Made by a program: the position numbers and the translations under genes. A stretch of DNA of 64,000 nt from Lama guanicoe (lineage: Eukaryota), in NCBI GenBank assembly GCA_013239625.1, contig MU054187.1, forward strand, positions 7,660,358 to 7,724,357, given 5' to 3'. Positions 25,287 through 37,162 of this stretch are shown piece after piece. Numbering within the stretch: the stretch's first letter is position 1; every line of letters starts with the position of its first letter. The notes below the pieces were generated by a model. The model searched no databases. It was given only the letters and a program-made list of their open reading frames with translations, and was not told the origin of the DNA.

Positions 25287-26458
25287 GAAAATAAGAATGC
25301 CAAGAAGAATTTTTTCAACAGGCTAGCCAAAGCTAGAGTGCTTGTTACCATACATAACTATACTTTTAGGAACGTTTTATGAAACTTCAAGAAGATGTTA
25401 AGGTAAATCTAAATTCTTAGTCCTGGAAAATGTCGCTGGGGCTGACACTTTCTGTGAAGGTCTGTGGTCAACTACTGTTTACAGGAAACACAGTCAAGAC
25501 AAGGGCATCACTCATGTTGCAGGGCGAGTGCTGAGCTCCGTGAACCAACCTGAGGTACATTCACAGGAGTCCTGGCTCAGAACAAAGCTACGTATTTCTA
25601 ACTTTCCCGTGCGTCAGATTTGTGCCTAAAAATAGAGATCAAAGACCAGGGGGCTTGGAACCGAGGGAACATTGTCTTAAGGAACTTAGCTCATCATGTG
25701 GCATCTGGGTTGGGAAGTGCTACATGGACCTTGACTATTTGGGCATTAAAATTGCTTGAATTGTACGAAATTTCACCAGGAATGCTGGTAAATATTCCAA
25801 ATGATCAGAGGCAAAAAATATCTCATTAAAATAAAAATCGCACATGATTTGACGTTATGTTTTTAAATTAGCAAGCTACTTTGCTTTTAAAGAAGTTACC
25901 TTTTAGTATAATAAAAATGGTTATGTTTTGGTTATTCTACTGTGATCCTTTAGCTGACAGATAGATTGCAGTAACAAAAACAACAAGGAAAATCTGTTTT
26001 CTTTCTTTATATCCAAATCACCAAGAAAGAAGTTTTACTGTCGGGCAAGTGCTGTTTGTGCTTATAGCAGCTTTTGAGTCTCTTCTTCTAATTTGCATTT
26101 TTTGGCACCCTAAGCCCGTTCAGGAAGGTCTTCTGGCATCCTTCTCGCCTCCAAGGTCAATCCTCAGGAGCCCTGGTTTCTACGCTAATAACTTGAGAAA
26201 AGTAGTGTAACATCTTTCCTTTGACCCAGGAGAGACCACTACGTCATGGCAGTCATGATGGGGGCATGGTAGTGAGGGGGAGGGCAGAGGGAGCAGGCTG
26301 GCAGAAGACAAGAGCCGTGTTGATAACATGCTGAGGCAGGGCTGGGGGAAAGAGGATAGAGAGGATTTTAAAGAGCCCCATGGCTGCCACCACAGATGCT
26401 CAGAGAGTTCTCTGAAGCCTCCATCCACCTCCCTGAATTTTTCGGTGGCTCCCTAGTG

Positions 26459-26720
26459 CTACACTGTCCAACTGAATAGCCACTAGCCACACGTGGCTCT
26501 TGAAATGCAGCTCGTCAAAATGCTCCAAGTGTAAAACACATACTGAATTTCAGAGATTTAGTATTAAAAAGATAAAATGGCTCATTCATAATATTTATGT
26601 CAATTACATGTTGAAATGATATTTAAGACATTTCATTAGAATTCATTTCTTCTTTTCTTTTCTTCACTCTTTAAAAATGGCTACCAGGAAATGTCAACTT
26701 ACATCCGTGGCTTGTTTTAA
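26459..26720. mobile_element. MER33 (hAT-Charlie) DNA transposon
   Basis: ctgtccaa...tagccactagccacacgtggct...aagtgtaaaacac...attacatgttgaaatgata. Confidence 0.85.
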
Positions 26721-27029
26721 AACAGCCACATTTTCCAGTTTCTGTAGTTGATGCTTTGGGGCCTTGTTAACCCTGCAGGCGCCGTGGTCCGTCAGGCCAC
26801 TCAGGACGGTTGTTCTCTTGCTCTCGGACATCCCCTGCTTGACCAGTGCGCGCTTCACCTACACCTGACTCACCCTTCTGACCTTCCCACATATCTGCCC
26901 GCACACCAGCTAGTGATTGCTCTAATCTTTAGATCAGAACATCTCCACCAGGATAATTTATCAAAGGGGTAGTGAGAAAGACATATTTCTTGTATATACT
27001 CAAAACTGTTAGGCACAGTAGTCATTCAG

Positions 27030-27520
27030 AAGGATGACAAAGGATATAGGTACAATGTAAGAATTATAATGACACAGTGCACATGTAAGCCCTGCCAGGG
27101 TGGGCATGGCTCCTCTCTGAGCATGTTTCCATCCTTCTGCACCCTGGTAGCCCACCCTGGCTTCTGTGACTGTCATCCCATAGCTTGCTTTATACACGCA
27201 CCACCCACATGTTTCTCTAAGCGGTTTTTCACTTAGGGTTTTACTTGCCTGCTCTCAGACTTCAGGCAGATGGACTCACACCACATGTTCCCCACCGTGA
27301 TGGCTTCTTTTGCTCGATGTGTGTGGACAAGATCCTTCTGTGTTAAGAAGTAAACCCCACGCCACTTGTTTTCACTGCCATGCTGAATTCGACTGTATGG
27401 ATTTTTTTTTGGTTGACATTTTGCCGTTTGACATTTGGGTGGTTTTCTGTTTTTTTGTTATCAAGAACAGTACTGCTAGATATATTTTATTTTGTTTTCC
27501 TGTTCTTGAACATTTTCAGT
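27030..27520 (-). mobile_element. Old L1 (L1ME-like) fragment
   Basis: gacatttgggtggttttctgtttttttgttatcaagaacagtactgct plus upstream degenerate L1ME 3' sequence. Confidence 0.6.
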
Positions 27521-27619
27521 GATGGGTATTCTTTCTTTTTTTAAAAAAATAAAATGTATATTAACCCATATTCACTCACTACTATTAACTAATATTTAAC
27601 TAATATCTTATATGAATAT

Positions 27620-27845
27620 TAGACTTACAGGAAAAAGCCCCCAAATGGTACAGACTTCCTACAGATCTTATTTCTCCTAATTAACATCTAACTTTACCAC
27701 AGAGAAATGATCACCTAGGACACTGACACTGGGACCATATTGTAACTTAGTCTGTGGGCCCCTTTGATTTTCATGAATTTCTTCACTGCTGCCCCTTTTC
27801 TGTTCCAGGATCTCATCCAGGATCCCACATTGCATTTAGTTTTGA
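27620..27845 (-). mobile_element. L1MC/MD-like 3' fragment
   Basis: ttttctgttccaggatctcatccaggatcccacattgcatttagtt. Confidence 0.75.
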
Positions 27846-28069
27846 TTTGGTGAGGGGGCACATTTTCAACCCATTTCTGTCTTGCTCCAAAATTTGCAAG
27901 AGCAGCGTTTGAGGGAGGTTAATTTTAAGGCAGCATGTGAAATGGATTTTAGGCCAGAGAGGTAAAAGCAGGGGTGCCAGCAGACTCGGGCTGTATTACG
28001 ATCGCTTCAGGCAGAGAGGAGAAGGAGCGTGATGCTGAGGGCCACCTATGTGTCCACACGTTTATGCAG

Positions 28070-28240
28070 CACAGACTGCGCTGTAATCATGTGTTCATCT
28101 GTCCCCCAGAGAAGCCCACAAGTTCCTTGAGGGCAGGGAGCACTGACGAATTCAACTTAGTATTTTTCTCAGGTACTCTGAAGAGTGACTGGCTAAAGTA
28201 GTAATGTGGGGAAGGTTTGTCAAATAAATGAATATGAATG
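28070..28240 (+). mobile_element. L2 3' end
   Basis: aagttccttgagggcaggga...aataaatgaatatgaatga. Confidence 0.7.
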
Positions 28241-28499
28241 AGAAAGGCTAGCTGCAGGGGCAGCTATGACCTGCAGGGAACATGAGAAAGGTGAAGGGAC
28301 GAGAGGGAGAAGGAAGGTTGAACAGACGAGAGAGCTCTGATCAGCTGATGGGCTGGGGAGAAAAACACAGAAGGGAAGACGGTAGCAGAAGAGACAGAAA
28401 TGAAGTGAGAATTCAAGGGAGCGGAAGCAAGGGGACCGGAGGGAGGAGCAGCGAAGGCAGAGGCGCTGTTTTCCCACCGCGGCGCTGACTTAGATTCTG

Positions 28500-28950
28500 T
28501 ACATTATCATCAATCACTTAACTTTAAAACCTTGCCTCCTTTTTCATTGCTGTTCACAGCTCTCAGACCTTTCTCTATCATTTACTCCCGCTTCCCACTC
28601 CTTCACAGGATGCTGCCAAGAACAGTCTCACGCTGCAGCAACAGAATGTCACACGATGCCTATGCTTCGTTGTCACCTGGGCCGTTTCTGGTGCACAGCC
28701 CTCCAAGTTACTTTCGGCCCCAAGACCTTTGCACCTGCTGGTCCCTCCTTCTCAGATTCTCAGGCTCCTCATCTTCAAAGTTTTAGGTCTGTTTGCTTTA
28801 TCCTCTATCTTATTATGTTGTTTTCTTGTCTTCAAAGTGCTTAGTGCTCTGGCAATTTTCTTGTTTATTTATTTGCTCACTTCTTTTTCATTGGCTTCAA
28901 CCACTAGAATACAGCTCTGTGAGAGGAGGAATCTCGTTTGTCTTAGTGAC
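28500..28950 (+). mobile_element. L2a fragment
   Basis: gacctttgcacctgctggtccctc...ccactagaatacagctctgtgagagg. Confidence 0.7.
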
Positions 28951-29269
28951 AGGACCATGGAGTGATGGACAGATAGCTCTGCCTACTGGATTCAGTTTCA
29001 TCACAGGCTAGATGTGCGGTGGAGGCCACACCTTCTCGGCCCTAGAATCCATTTCGCATTTCACCCACCAATGAACTCTCACACTCACTATACTTTTGCT
29101 TTGTATCTCAACTGGGCATCTATTCTTTTAAGGATACAGGAGATTAATTGTTAAGTTTCCAAGGTAAAATTAATAATAATCCACTGAATGGGGATAGAGG
29201 AGAAGGAAAAGAAACTTCTGAACTGAGAGAAAATGTTGAGTGAATCAGATATCTCTTAGGCAAGTCACT

Positions 29270-29480
29270 GTTCCAATTTAGCACACATTTTTTTGAATGC
29301 CTGTTAAGTGCCAGGTACTGTAGCAGAACTGGCAAATATTGAAAACAACAAATTTCTCTCCTCTGGGACCTTTCTGTCAGATGGAGCTGTTTGATAAGCA
29401 AATAACTAGTTGCAAAGCAGTTTACTAAGAGCTTTCATAGAAGAATGCTCAGAGGGCTATGGAGGAGAAAAAGACAGAAG
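29270..29480 (-). mobile_element. L2 3' end
   Basis: ttgaatgcctgttaagtgccaggtactgt. Confidence 0.6.
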
Positions 29481-29559
29481 AGGACAGACCTCAAAGGCAG
29501 CTTAATAGCCACTTCTAATATACAAATGAGTATTTTCAAATAATGCTCTGAATGATGAT

Positions 29560-29785
29560 AACAGGTGTTACTGGGGGAATCAAATAAATGTGACAATATT
29601 GGGTTAAAGTTAACCAGTGGTCTCTGTAATGCAGGACTTACCAGAGCCTTCAACTGGCTAACATGTGCGGTTAATCTAGGTAGGGAGGTTTCGTAAGCAT
29701 TATTTGCCTGAACTTGAATGCAGTGCCTTCCTCAAAGAGGAACTTACAGAACTAGTTTCTACTGAACAAACGTTGGAAAATGTTA
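29560..29785. mobile_element. MER103-like hAT DNA transposon
   Basis: tgggttaaagttaa...tgcaggacttaccagagccttcaa...gaactagtttctactgaacaaacgttggaaaatg. Confidence 0.65.
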
Positions 29786-30134
29786 ACACAAGTTATAGAA
29801 CAAAAGCAGATGGGATGAAATTTCTTCATGACATGTTTAGCTTGAATTCTAAAAACCAATTTCTTGATGTTCAAGGTTGAGGATTTCCCACTCAAGCATT
29901 TTAAGGGGGGGATTTGGAAAGCTCTTTATTGCTTTCTTATCTCTGTACTTCTCTTTCCTTTATCCTCCTATAACTGCATCAAGACCCCACTAAAATGCTA
30001 AAATTCCACATACATAAGAAAGGGCTCATGCTCTAGTTAGTGAAAGATTTCTGATAGCTCTAAAAAATTTAGAAGTTCTGTACTAAGGGATGATTTATCA
30101 TTGATTAAAAAGGAAACATCATACTAGCATCTTG

Positions 30135-32125
30135 TCTCTATGTCTCTAATACGATTTCCTATGAAAAGGATTGAGGATTTCTGGAAGAAATGATTGATTC
30201 CAGGGACTGAGGTGCAGAAGGTGCAAAATGAGTTGGGGATATCTTCTTATTCTGCAAAGTAAGAAGGTAGCCCCCCCCCAATTAATAAAATGATGGGACA
30301 TATTATAAGGGCTCAGGAACAGCTCCAAGGACCCCTACTGGCCATATTCAAGACAATCTCAAGCACTGAAATGATTAAGCACAATAATAAACCATTGAAA
30401 AATAAGGATTCATTAGTCTATGCCAAAAATAAAAGGGGGAACAGAAAGGGCTGTTGCTTACAGTAGAATCTCAAGTGCCCACCGGTAAACCTGGAGGAAG
30501 TGCTGGGGTTAGAAAATCTGCATTTTGCAGCTGCCTTGCTAAAGACTGGATTAATTTAGAATGACCGGTCCAGAGGAGAAGTTTGATGGAGCAAGCTATT
30601 TGTTTCTTATTGAAGTATCTCCCTGCAGGTTGCTTATAGCTGTAAGGGGGAAAACAGTACCACTATAATAGTAACTACATTGTAGCTATATATTGAATAT
30701 TACATATGTGTATTACATAGTTATATACAATTTAGTTTCTATAGAATGGTAACTATATGGTAGCAGTGTATAATGGTGAAACCAGTCAAACCTCAGCCAA
30801 ATTAATATTACCAAGGAAGGGCAGAGGCACATCGTGTTTGTCCAGGAGTAATAATTTGAAGAAGGCACCATATCACTTATGTATTGTCCCAGCTCAGAAT
30901 TCATTAGCTGAATTTCATCATGAGAAACAGACAAACCCCCAAATGAAGAATATCCCAATGTAAAAAAAGGGCCTATCTTCTTCAAACTTATCAACATCAT
31001 AAAAGACAAAGGAAGTTACTAGAATGCTTTAGATTAAACTAAGCAACAGAGACGTAATAATTAAATGCATTACCTGACTCCAGACTGGATCTTGCACTGG
31101 AGGGAAAAAAATGCTGTGGGGGACATTATTGGTTCAGTTGACAAAACTGGAGTACAGACAGCAGGTTAGAAAAAAATACCCTTTCAATATTAATTTTACT
31201 GAGGTTGATAACCATAGTGTAGGTTAGAAAATACTCAATCCTTAAGAATTAGATGCTGAAGTATCTAGAGATAATGGGCCCTAATAAATGCAGCTCATTC
31301 TCTAAGAATTGAGAAAAAAATGATACATAACTGTGTCTGTGTCTGTATCTAAAATGTAATCTCTATCCACTCACCCATTTATCCATCTGTCTACTAACCT
31401 ACCTTCCTACTTATTCTATCTATCTGTATCAATCTATAGATTTATTGGTAATGTCAACCAAAAAAACAACGCCAAATGCTGCAAATAAGAAGAGTCCATT
31501 TGGGGTCTTAGGTATTGCAATTCAGGAGACATAACATAGGGTTAGAGCAAAAGAGTGTTGGGGAAAGACAAAGAGTCAGGGGCTTAGAAAGACACAGAGC
31601 CATGAGAATCCACAGTCTGAGTCAACTGACTGACTCGAGCTGGAAAACGTTTGTCCTTATTAAGGAATCATGAGTTACTACAGGATAGGGGTCCAGTAAA
31701 GAGACAGACTGTCACAAGTTATTTTAGAGTAAAGGCCTCAAGTATCTTGAGTTTCTGGTAGAAGTTCTGGATGACTTCATTAGAACAGCGGTCAGAAGGT
31801 CCGATTCCCTGCAGGCTGAGGTGTAAGTCATGCTTCTGTAATGGCCTCCCGGTTCCAGTTTAGAGCGCTGTCTTAGCAACAGTGACTCAATTTTAATTTT
31901 TCCCTTCACAGTATCAATTTGTCATCCTATCATTCTGTCATCTATCAGCTTGTCATTATTTATCACCATCTATCTATCTATCTTGTGAAGGACAAAGCAA
32001 TTGGGAAAATTTTAACAGATGAATTATGTACGAGGCATGATGATGTTCTATGTACTATTCTTATGCTACTGGTCTTATTATTTCAAATTTTCTATAAATT
32101 GAATATTGTTTCCAAATAGCAAAAT
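30135..32125 (+). mobile_element. L1MC4-like 3' region, interrupted by an LTR (31452-31910) within a (TCTA)n-like tract
   Basis: catcatgagaaacagacaaacccc...cataaaagacaaag...gactggatcttg...ggacattattgg, resuming after 31990 with aaagcaa...tgtactattctt...tttccaaata. Confidence 0.8.
31452..31910 (-). mobile_element. ERV1-class solo LTR
   Basis: TG...CA termini (tgtcaacc...cccttcaca), 459 bp, flanks gtaa/gtat (4-bp duplication with one mismatch). Confidence 0.8.
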
Positions 32126-32154
32126 TTCACACATTAACATAGTCCCAGGCACAG

Positions 32155-32402
32155 TTTCCCAGTGGCTTGAGGATTAGCTTCCTGGGCTCTGGAGTGACAC
32201 ACCCAGTTCTAATTTTGGTTGGATTACTGATGACTTCTGTGATCTTGGATAGAACTTCAGTCTTCTTATGTTCCAGGCCTTTGTTTTGTGAAATGGCAAT
32301 AAAAAAGGCCCTCTTCCTAAGGACTATTGTGTGAATTTAACGAGACAATCCAAATTCAGTTTAACACTGTACATGACACAGAATTATTCAATAAATATTG
32401 TC
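32155..32402 (+). mobile_element. Near full-length MIR
   Basis: tgggctctggagt...tgtgatcttgg...tgtgaaatgg...tcaataaatatt. Confidence 0.8.
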
Positions 32403-32524
32403 ACACGATGAATACTAAGTAGACTCTGGTTAATTGAAGGGGTTCATGGTTGAGCCATTTCAAAGACGTTTAGCAGAAACAGGGCTTAAATACACATGAT
32501 TGGACTACATGCATTTTTGAGAGC

Positions 32525-32615
32525 TTTTCTTTTTCTTTTTTCTTTTTATTAAACTGGAACCAAGGGCCACATGCATGCTTAGTGTGCACTCTACCACTGA
32601 GCTCTACTCACCTCC
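32525..32615 (-). mobile_element. Degenerate tRNA-Ala-derived (vic-1-like) SINE
   Basis: Minus strand reads tagagctcagtggtagagtgcacactaagcatgcatgtggcccttggttcca then an A-rich tail. Confidence 0.75.
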
Positions 32616-33344
32616 TTGAAGTCCTTTTCATTGTTATCATTCTTTCATTCTTTAAGAAATACCTCATATCTGATTCGAAAACAAATTGAATTTTGAATGA
32701 TCTTTACTCCAGAGCACTCTGTACTTATTTAAAGAAAAGAAGAAGCCAACGTTATGGTTCAACTGAAGATTCTAGCAGATTTTCAGAGAAGCCTTCAAAG
32801 AAGCAGGATTGAAGGTCACATGCTCCTTCCCTCCAAACCAGACATGGTCTATTACTTTCCAATTACAACCGACAGTGCCTATAAAAAAAATTAAACCATA
32901 CTGCCACTGACAGTGGCTTTTCCTAACTTCACGGTTCAGCTTATTTTGGTTAAAACCTGAGATGTGTAGGACTTGCTTCGCTCTTTTACTCGATTCTCTC
33001 ATTGAATCTTAGATCAACTGCATTAGAGTTCAGTGTCATCCACTCACAAGTGATGGAATTCAGACCCTCTCCTGGATCTGGTGATCTTCCCTGGTGTCCA
33101 TGCTGTCTTCTTCTTTGTCTCCTCAGCAAAACTGCCCCTGAAGCAGGGCTTATCAACTTCAGTTTTTCCTGCCAAGACTTTCCCAATCGCCCGACTTGTT
33201 TCTTTTGCTCCACTCTTCTGTTTTGGCACGTTTGGAAATACTCTTCTGGATGTGAGATGCGAAGAGACCATGCTTTGGAGTCAAGCAGAGTTGGATACAA
33301 ACCCTTGTCTGTACCACGTTCTCCCTGTGTGCCCTTAGCAGGGA

Positions 33345-33570
33345 AGGCAGAGTACTCTTCACACTAGGAGTGCAGTCTCTGGGGTTAGACTGCCTGGATC
33401 AGATCTTGCTTAGGGGGCCCCCTTGTTAAGCAAAGAAGTTTGCTTTTTATCTGTGTCAGTCTTCTTATCTTTAAATGGGGATAACAGAGCCCACCCTCTA
33501 GGACTGCAGTGAAGGTTAAATGATGTCATTATGTGAAATGCTTACATTTCCTGGAGTGTAACAAGTTCCT
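33345..33570 (+). mobile_element. MIR SINE
   Basis: tctgtgtcagtcttcttatctttaaatggggataac...gtgaaggttaaatga. Confidence 0.8.
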
Positions 33571-35444
33571 TTCCAATTTTTAGTTTTCTTATCAAAAATT
33601 GAAGATCAAGCCTATTTCATATGTTTAATGTAAAGATGACATAAACTATGGCAAGTTAAAAAATCCACAAAATCCCAGCCCTATACCTGCTCCTTAGTAG
33701 CCAATCATCAATTTGCTCATTGAATATGTGTTTATAGACCTCCTTCCATGGACCTCCTACATTTTAAGGGCTGGGTATTCAGAGAAGACCCAGACAAGAG
33801 TCTGGGGCTCCTCTGATCTGTGGAAAAAAAAAAAGTGAGCTGCTGTTGTTATAAAAGATAAGGACTGAATATAGGTCCGATCTATAAATCTTCGTAAAAG
33901 CATGTTTTGTTTTTTTCTTATCTTCCATCCTCACTTTTAAGGCTATCTAATTTCCCTTTGATTCTGAGTTTAGAATCTCATTTTCTTTTCCACAAACAGT
34001 ATTTAAATGCATCTAAGTCAGAATTTAGCTAATAAGGAAAATGAACATTTTGGGTGCATTTTGAAGTTTACAAAGGGCTTTCATGTGAGGCTCCGCCTTT
34101 GGTCGTCCTCGGATGCTGTGAGGGCCAGATGCAAACCCATTATCTTCATGAAAGCTCCCGTAGAAACATGTCTGCCACAGATTCTTAGTGATTAACGAAA
34201 TAAAAGATTAAAAAGTAAAAATACTCCTGTCTCTTTTCTTCAAAAAGCAAACAGATTCTAGAATAGGCAAGGACAAGAGCTGGAGGAGGAAAATTGGCCA
34301 TTTTTTTTTCTTTGCATAATTTTTCTGACAAAACAAAAAGATTTTGACATCAATTTTTGTGACAAACTGTACCCATATCTTTGGAATTTTTGCAAATTTA
34401 GCATCAATCATGTACATTTCCCAGTCATTTTCATTGAAATTTCATTCTATTTACCTCGTTGGCAAAGTGAAAAGCAATTTTTGTTTGCTAATGGTGCCTT
34501 TTCCCTTGCTGCAGAAAAAAATGGCAACATGAAGGAGGGGAGGGGCTCTTCCCTTCTTCTGCAGGGAAGCCCCCAGTGTGCTCATTTGTACGTACAGTCT
34601 ATCATTACTATTTTAGCATATTTTCACTTTATTTATAGGTTTGCATCATTTATTATTTGCTTGCAAACATTTTGCCAAGAACTCTTAATTGGTACATACA
34701 GCAATTAAAACTTTATTACTTAAATAGTTTGGGGAATAGGAAAGAAAAGATACCAAAATCAGCATAATCAATTTACTATAGAACACTACGTGTGACTTTT
34801 TATCTTATTTATGATCAGGATTTTGTTCTAATGCTTTGTAAGTAGCATAGCTGCTCTTTCTCGTTCTACATAAATGAGATTCATGCCTAATGTGTCTCCA
34901 ATTTTCAAAAACAACCCCTTCAATACAGTGTTAACTTGCCATTAAGGCTGTGTCTGCCCATCATAAAATGCATGTTTGGGAAGGAATTATTGGTGTGTGC
35001 AGGGTGTTTCTTTTTTTAGTATGAGAACCGGTTCTGCCCTGCAAGTCTCTTCATCAAAACTTCCCTTTAGAAAAGTGGCTTTTGCTGTTTTCAGGGACTA
35101 TTTCGAGACAAAAGTCACATCAAGTCTATTCCCCACTGACTTAACTTTAGCAGTCTGTGCTGTAGACAAAATTGTGCAGATAGATGAAAAAAAGATTTTT
35201 AATATAAATGTAATGGTTTGGAAATGTTTATTCAGTGTAGGCAGAGCATCTGTTAGAACCTTAAATCCCTCGGGAAGATTTCCTAAAGACCATAATGAAT
35301 AAAATGGAGAATGTTAGAAATTTATAAAAAAAAATCCCAAACTATTCAAAGAAGGATGAAAATTACTTTGCAAAGTTCTGATGAGTAAGTAGTCAGAAGA
35401 CATACATACACACTTAATGCATATATTTGAAGGACCAAAAATGA

Positions 35445-35740
35445 GTCAAGTATTGTGCCAGGCACTTTTACTGACATTATCTCATTTAATCTTCACATAA
35501 TTCCGCTGAAAAAGATGTTATTATTGTTATCCTCTTTTTACAGTTGAAAAAGCAGATATAACATATATAAAATAATCACAAAACTGAGAAGTTAGATTGG
35601 GTATACAATAAACTCAGAAAAAGAAAGAAGTTAGAGGAGAGATCAGCTACTCGAATGAGGGCTGAAGGTTGCAGGAAAGAAAGACTTGACTCCAGTGTCA
35701 GAATCTGCGCATTCTCTCCCGTCCAGGAACTCCATTCCCC
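35445..35740 (-). mobile_element. MIR SINE
   Basis: tgtgccaggcact...attatctcatttaatcttcaca...ttttacagttgaa. Confidence 0.75.
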
Positions 35741-36117
35741 TCCCTTGTCCCCAGCAACCTGGATATATCTGTTTTCCGAAGCCTCCAGACTCCAGCTTCC
35801 AAGAATTGTCAGGTCTGTTTTCTATTTTCTAGGCTTGCAGATTGAAACTTGGAAGAATTTGAATCCATTTTTTATCCCAATAAAATAAAAGACATTTTGT
35901 AATATAGGAAATGAAAGGTTTTTCTCTGCAGACTTAAGGATGAGATTTAAAACCAATATTAAAACCCTAAACAAGACAGTGGCTCTCATCTGCAGTGGGC
36001 TGGCACCCAGGATAGGCTACTCTTTGACGGGAGAGAGATGGAGGCACAGCAGGTGTCCTGAGCGTTGGTCTGCCCCATGCTCATGGCCACGCATGAGTTA
36101 GAAATGGTTGGCTGGTG

Positions 36118-36237
36118 TCCAGATGAGAAAAATGAGGTGGAAAGAGGGTTAAGTAACTTACCGAAGATCAGGCAGCAAGTAAGAGAAGAAACTTGGATGC
36201 AAGCTCGGGTCTGCCAGAGTCTCTGAGCCTTCCATTA
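36118..36237 (-). mobile_element. MIR core fragment
   Basis: cagatgagaaaaatgagg...ggttaagtaactt. Confidence 0.8.
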
Positions 36238-36629
36238 AGTCCTGTCAACTCTCTCAGAGACTGAGGAGGGTCTGAACATCTCACAAAGAACCAAAGAACC
36301 TGCTCCTTATTGCCTTGGAGAGCAAATATAGAGAAGATGGAGCCTGAACACATGGATAGGTCCACACAAGGCCCTTTTCAAATGACAGCAGGAAAATTAA
36401 GAAATTTTATTTATACCTTGGTTAAGTTCTGCTGCCAATGTAACATTAGTTCTAATGAAAGATATGAGGGACCCTGTGGAAATTAGTAGCAAGTGTGCTC
36501 CTTTTTATACCAAGATGATGTGTGTGCCTGCTGTCAATGGTACAAATAATTTGAGTTTGAAGATCGAAGCTCATGCATCATGTTGTGTATTTTGGCAATA
36601 AGCAAGAGAACCACTGCTTTCTATGTGTG

Positions 36630-37162
36630 GACGTAGGACAGACAATGTTATTGCCTGCTTAACCTCCATTCTCCTTTTTCTCTAACAGAAGCCCCCATTT
36701 TTTCAGAATGGTGATGTCCTTTGCCATCCTGGACTTGATAGAGATTATAAGTAGCCAAAGCCAATTATGGCAATCGTGTTCTTCTCCTTGCTAACCTGGT
36801 CTCCAAAGCATAAGGGGTGGACACGAGGCTCAGTTCTGCCAATGGAAGCTAAGAAGAAGTCTGTTAAGATTGTTTCTGGAAAGGATTTTCCCTTTTTTGT
36901 ATAGAAGAATAGACAAGGTTGATGCTGCTTTTCACGTCTTTTCCTGTTTTGAATGCAGCAGTGATGCCTGGAGCTGGGCAGCCACTTTGTGACTGGAGGG
37001 GAGAAAACATGTCTGGCTTGCTGTCCTGGAGCTGTTCGACACACATCAGAAACAGCTTGCCTTTTACATTTTTTTTTCTGTGTGAGGAAAAAACAAACAC
37101 CTATTTTGTTAAGATGTTATAGTTTAGTACTTCATTACCTACAGCTAAATATATTCCTAACA
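36630..37162 (+). mobile_element. MLT1J/K-like (ERVL-MaLR) LTR
   Basis: ctaacagaagccccc...cagttctgccaatg...gtgatgcctggagctgggcagccactttgtgac...attcctaac. Confidence 0.75.
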
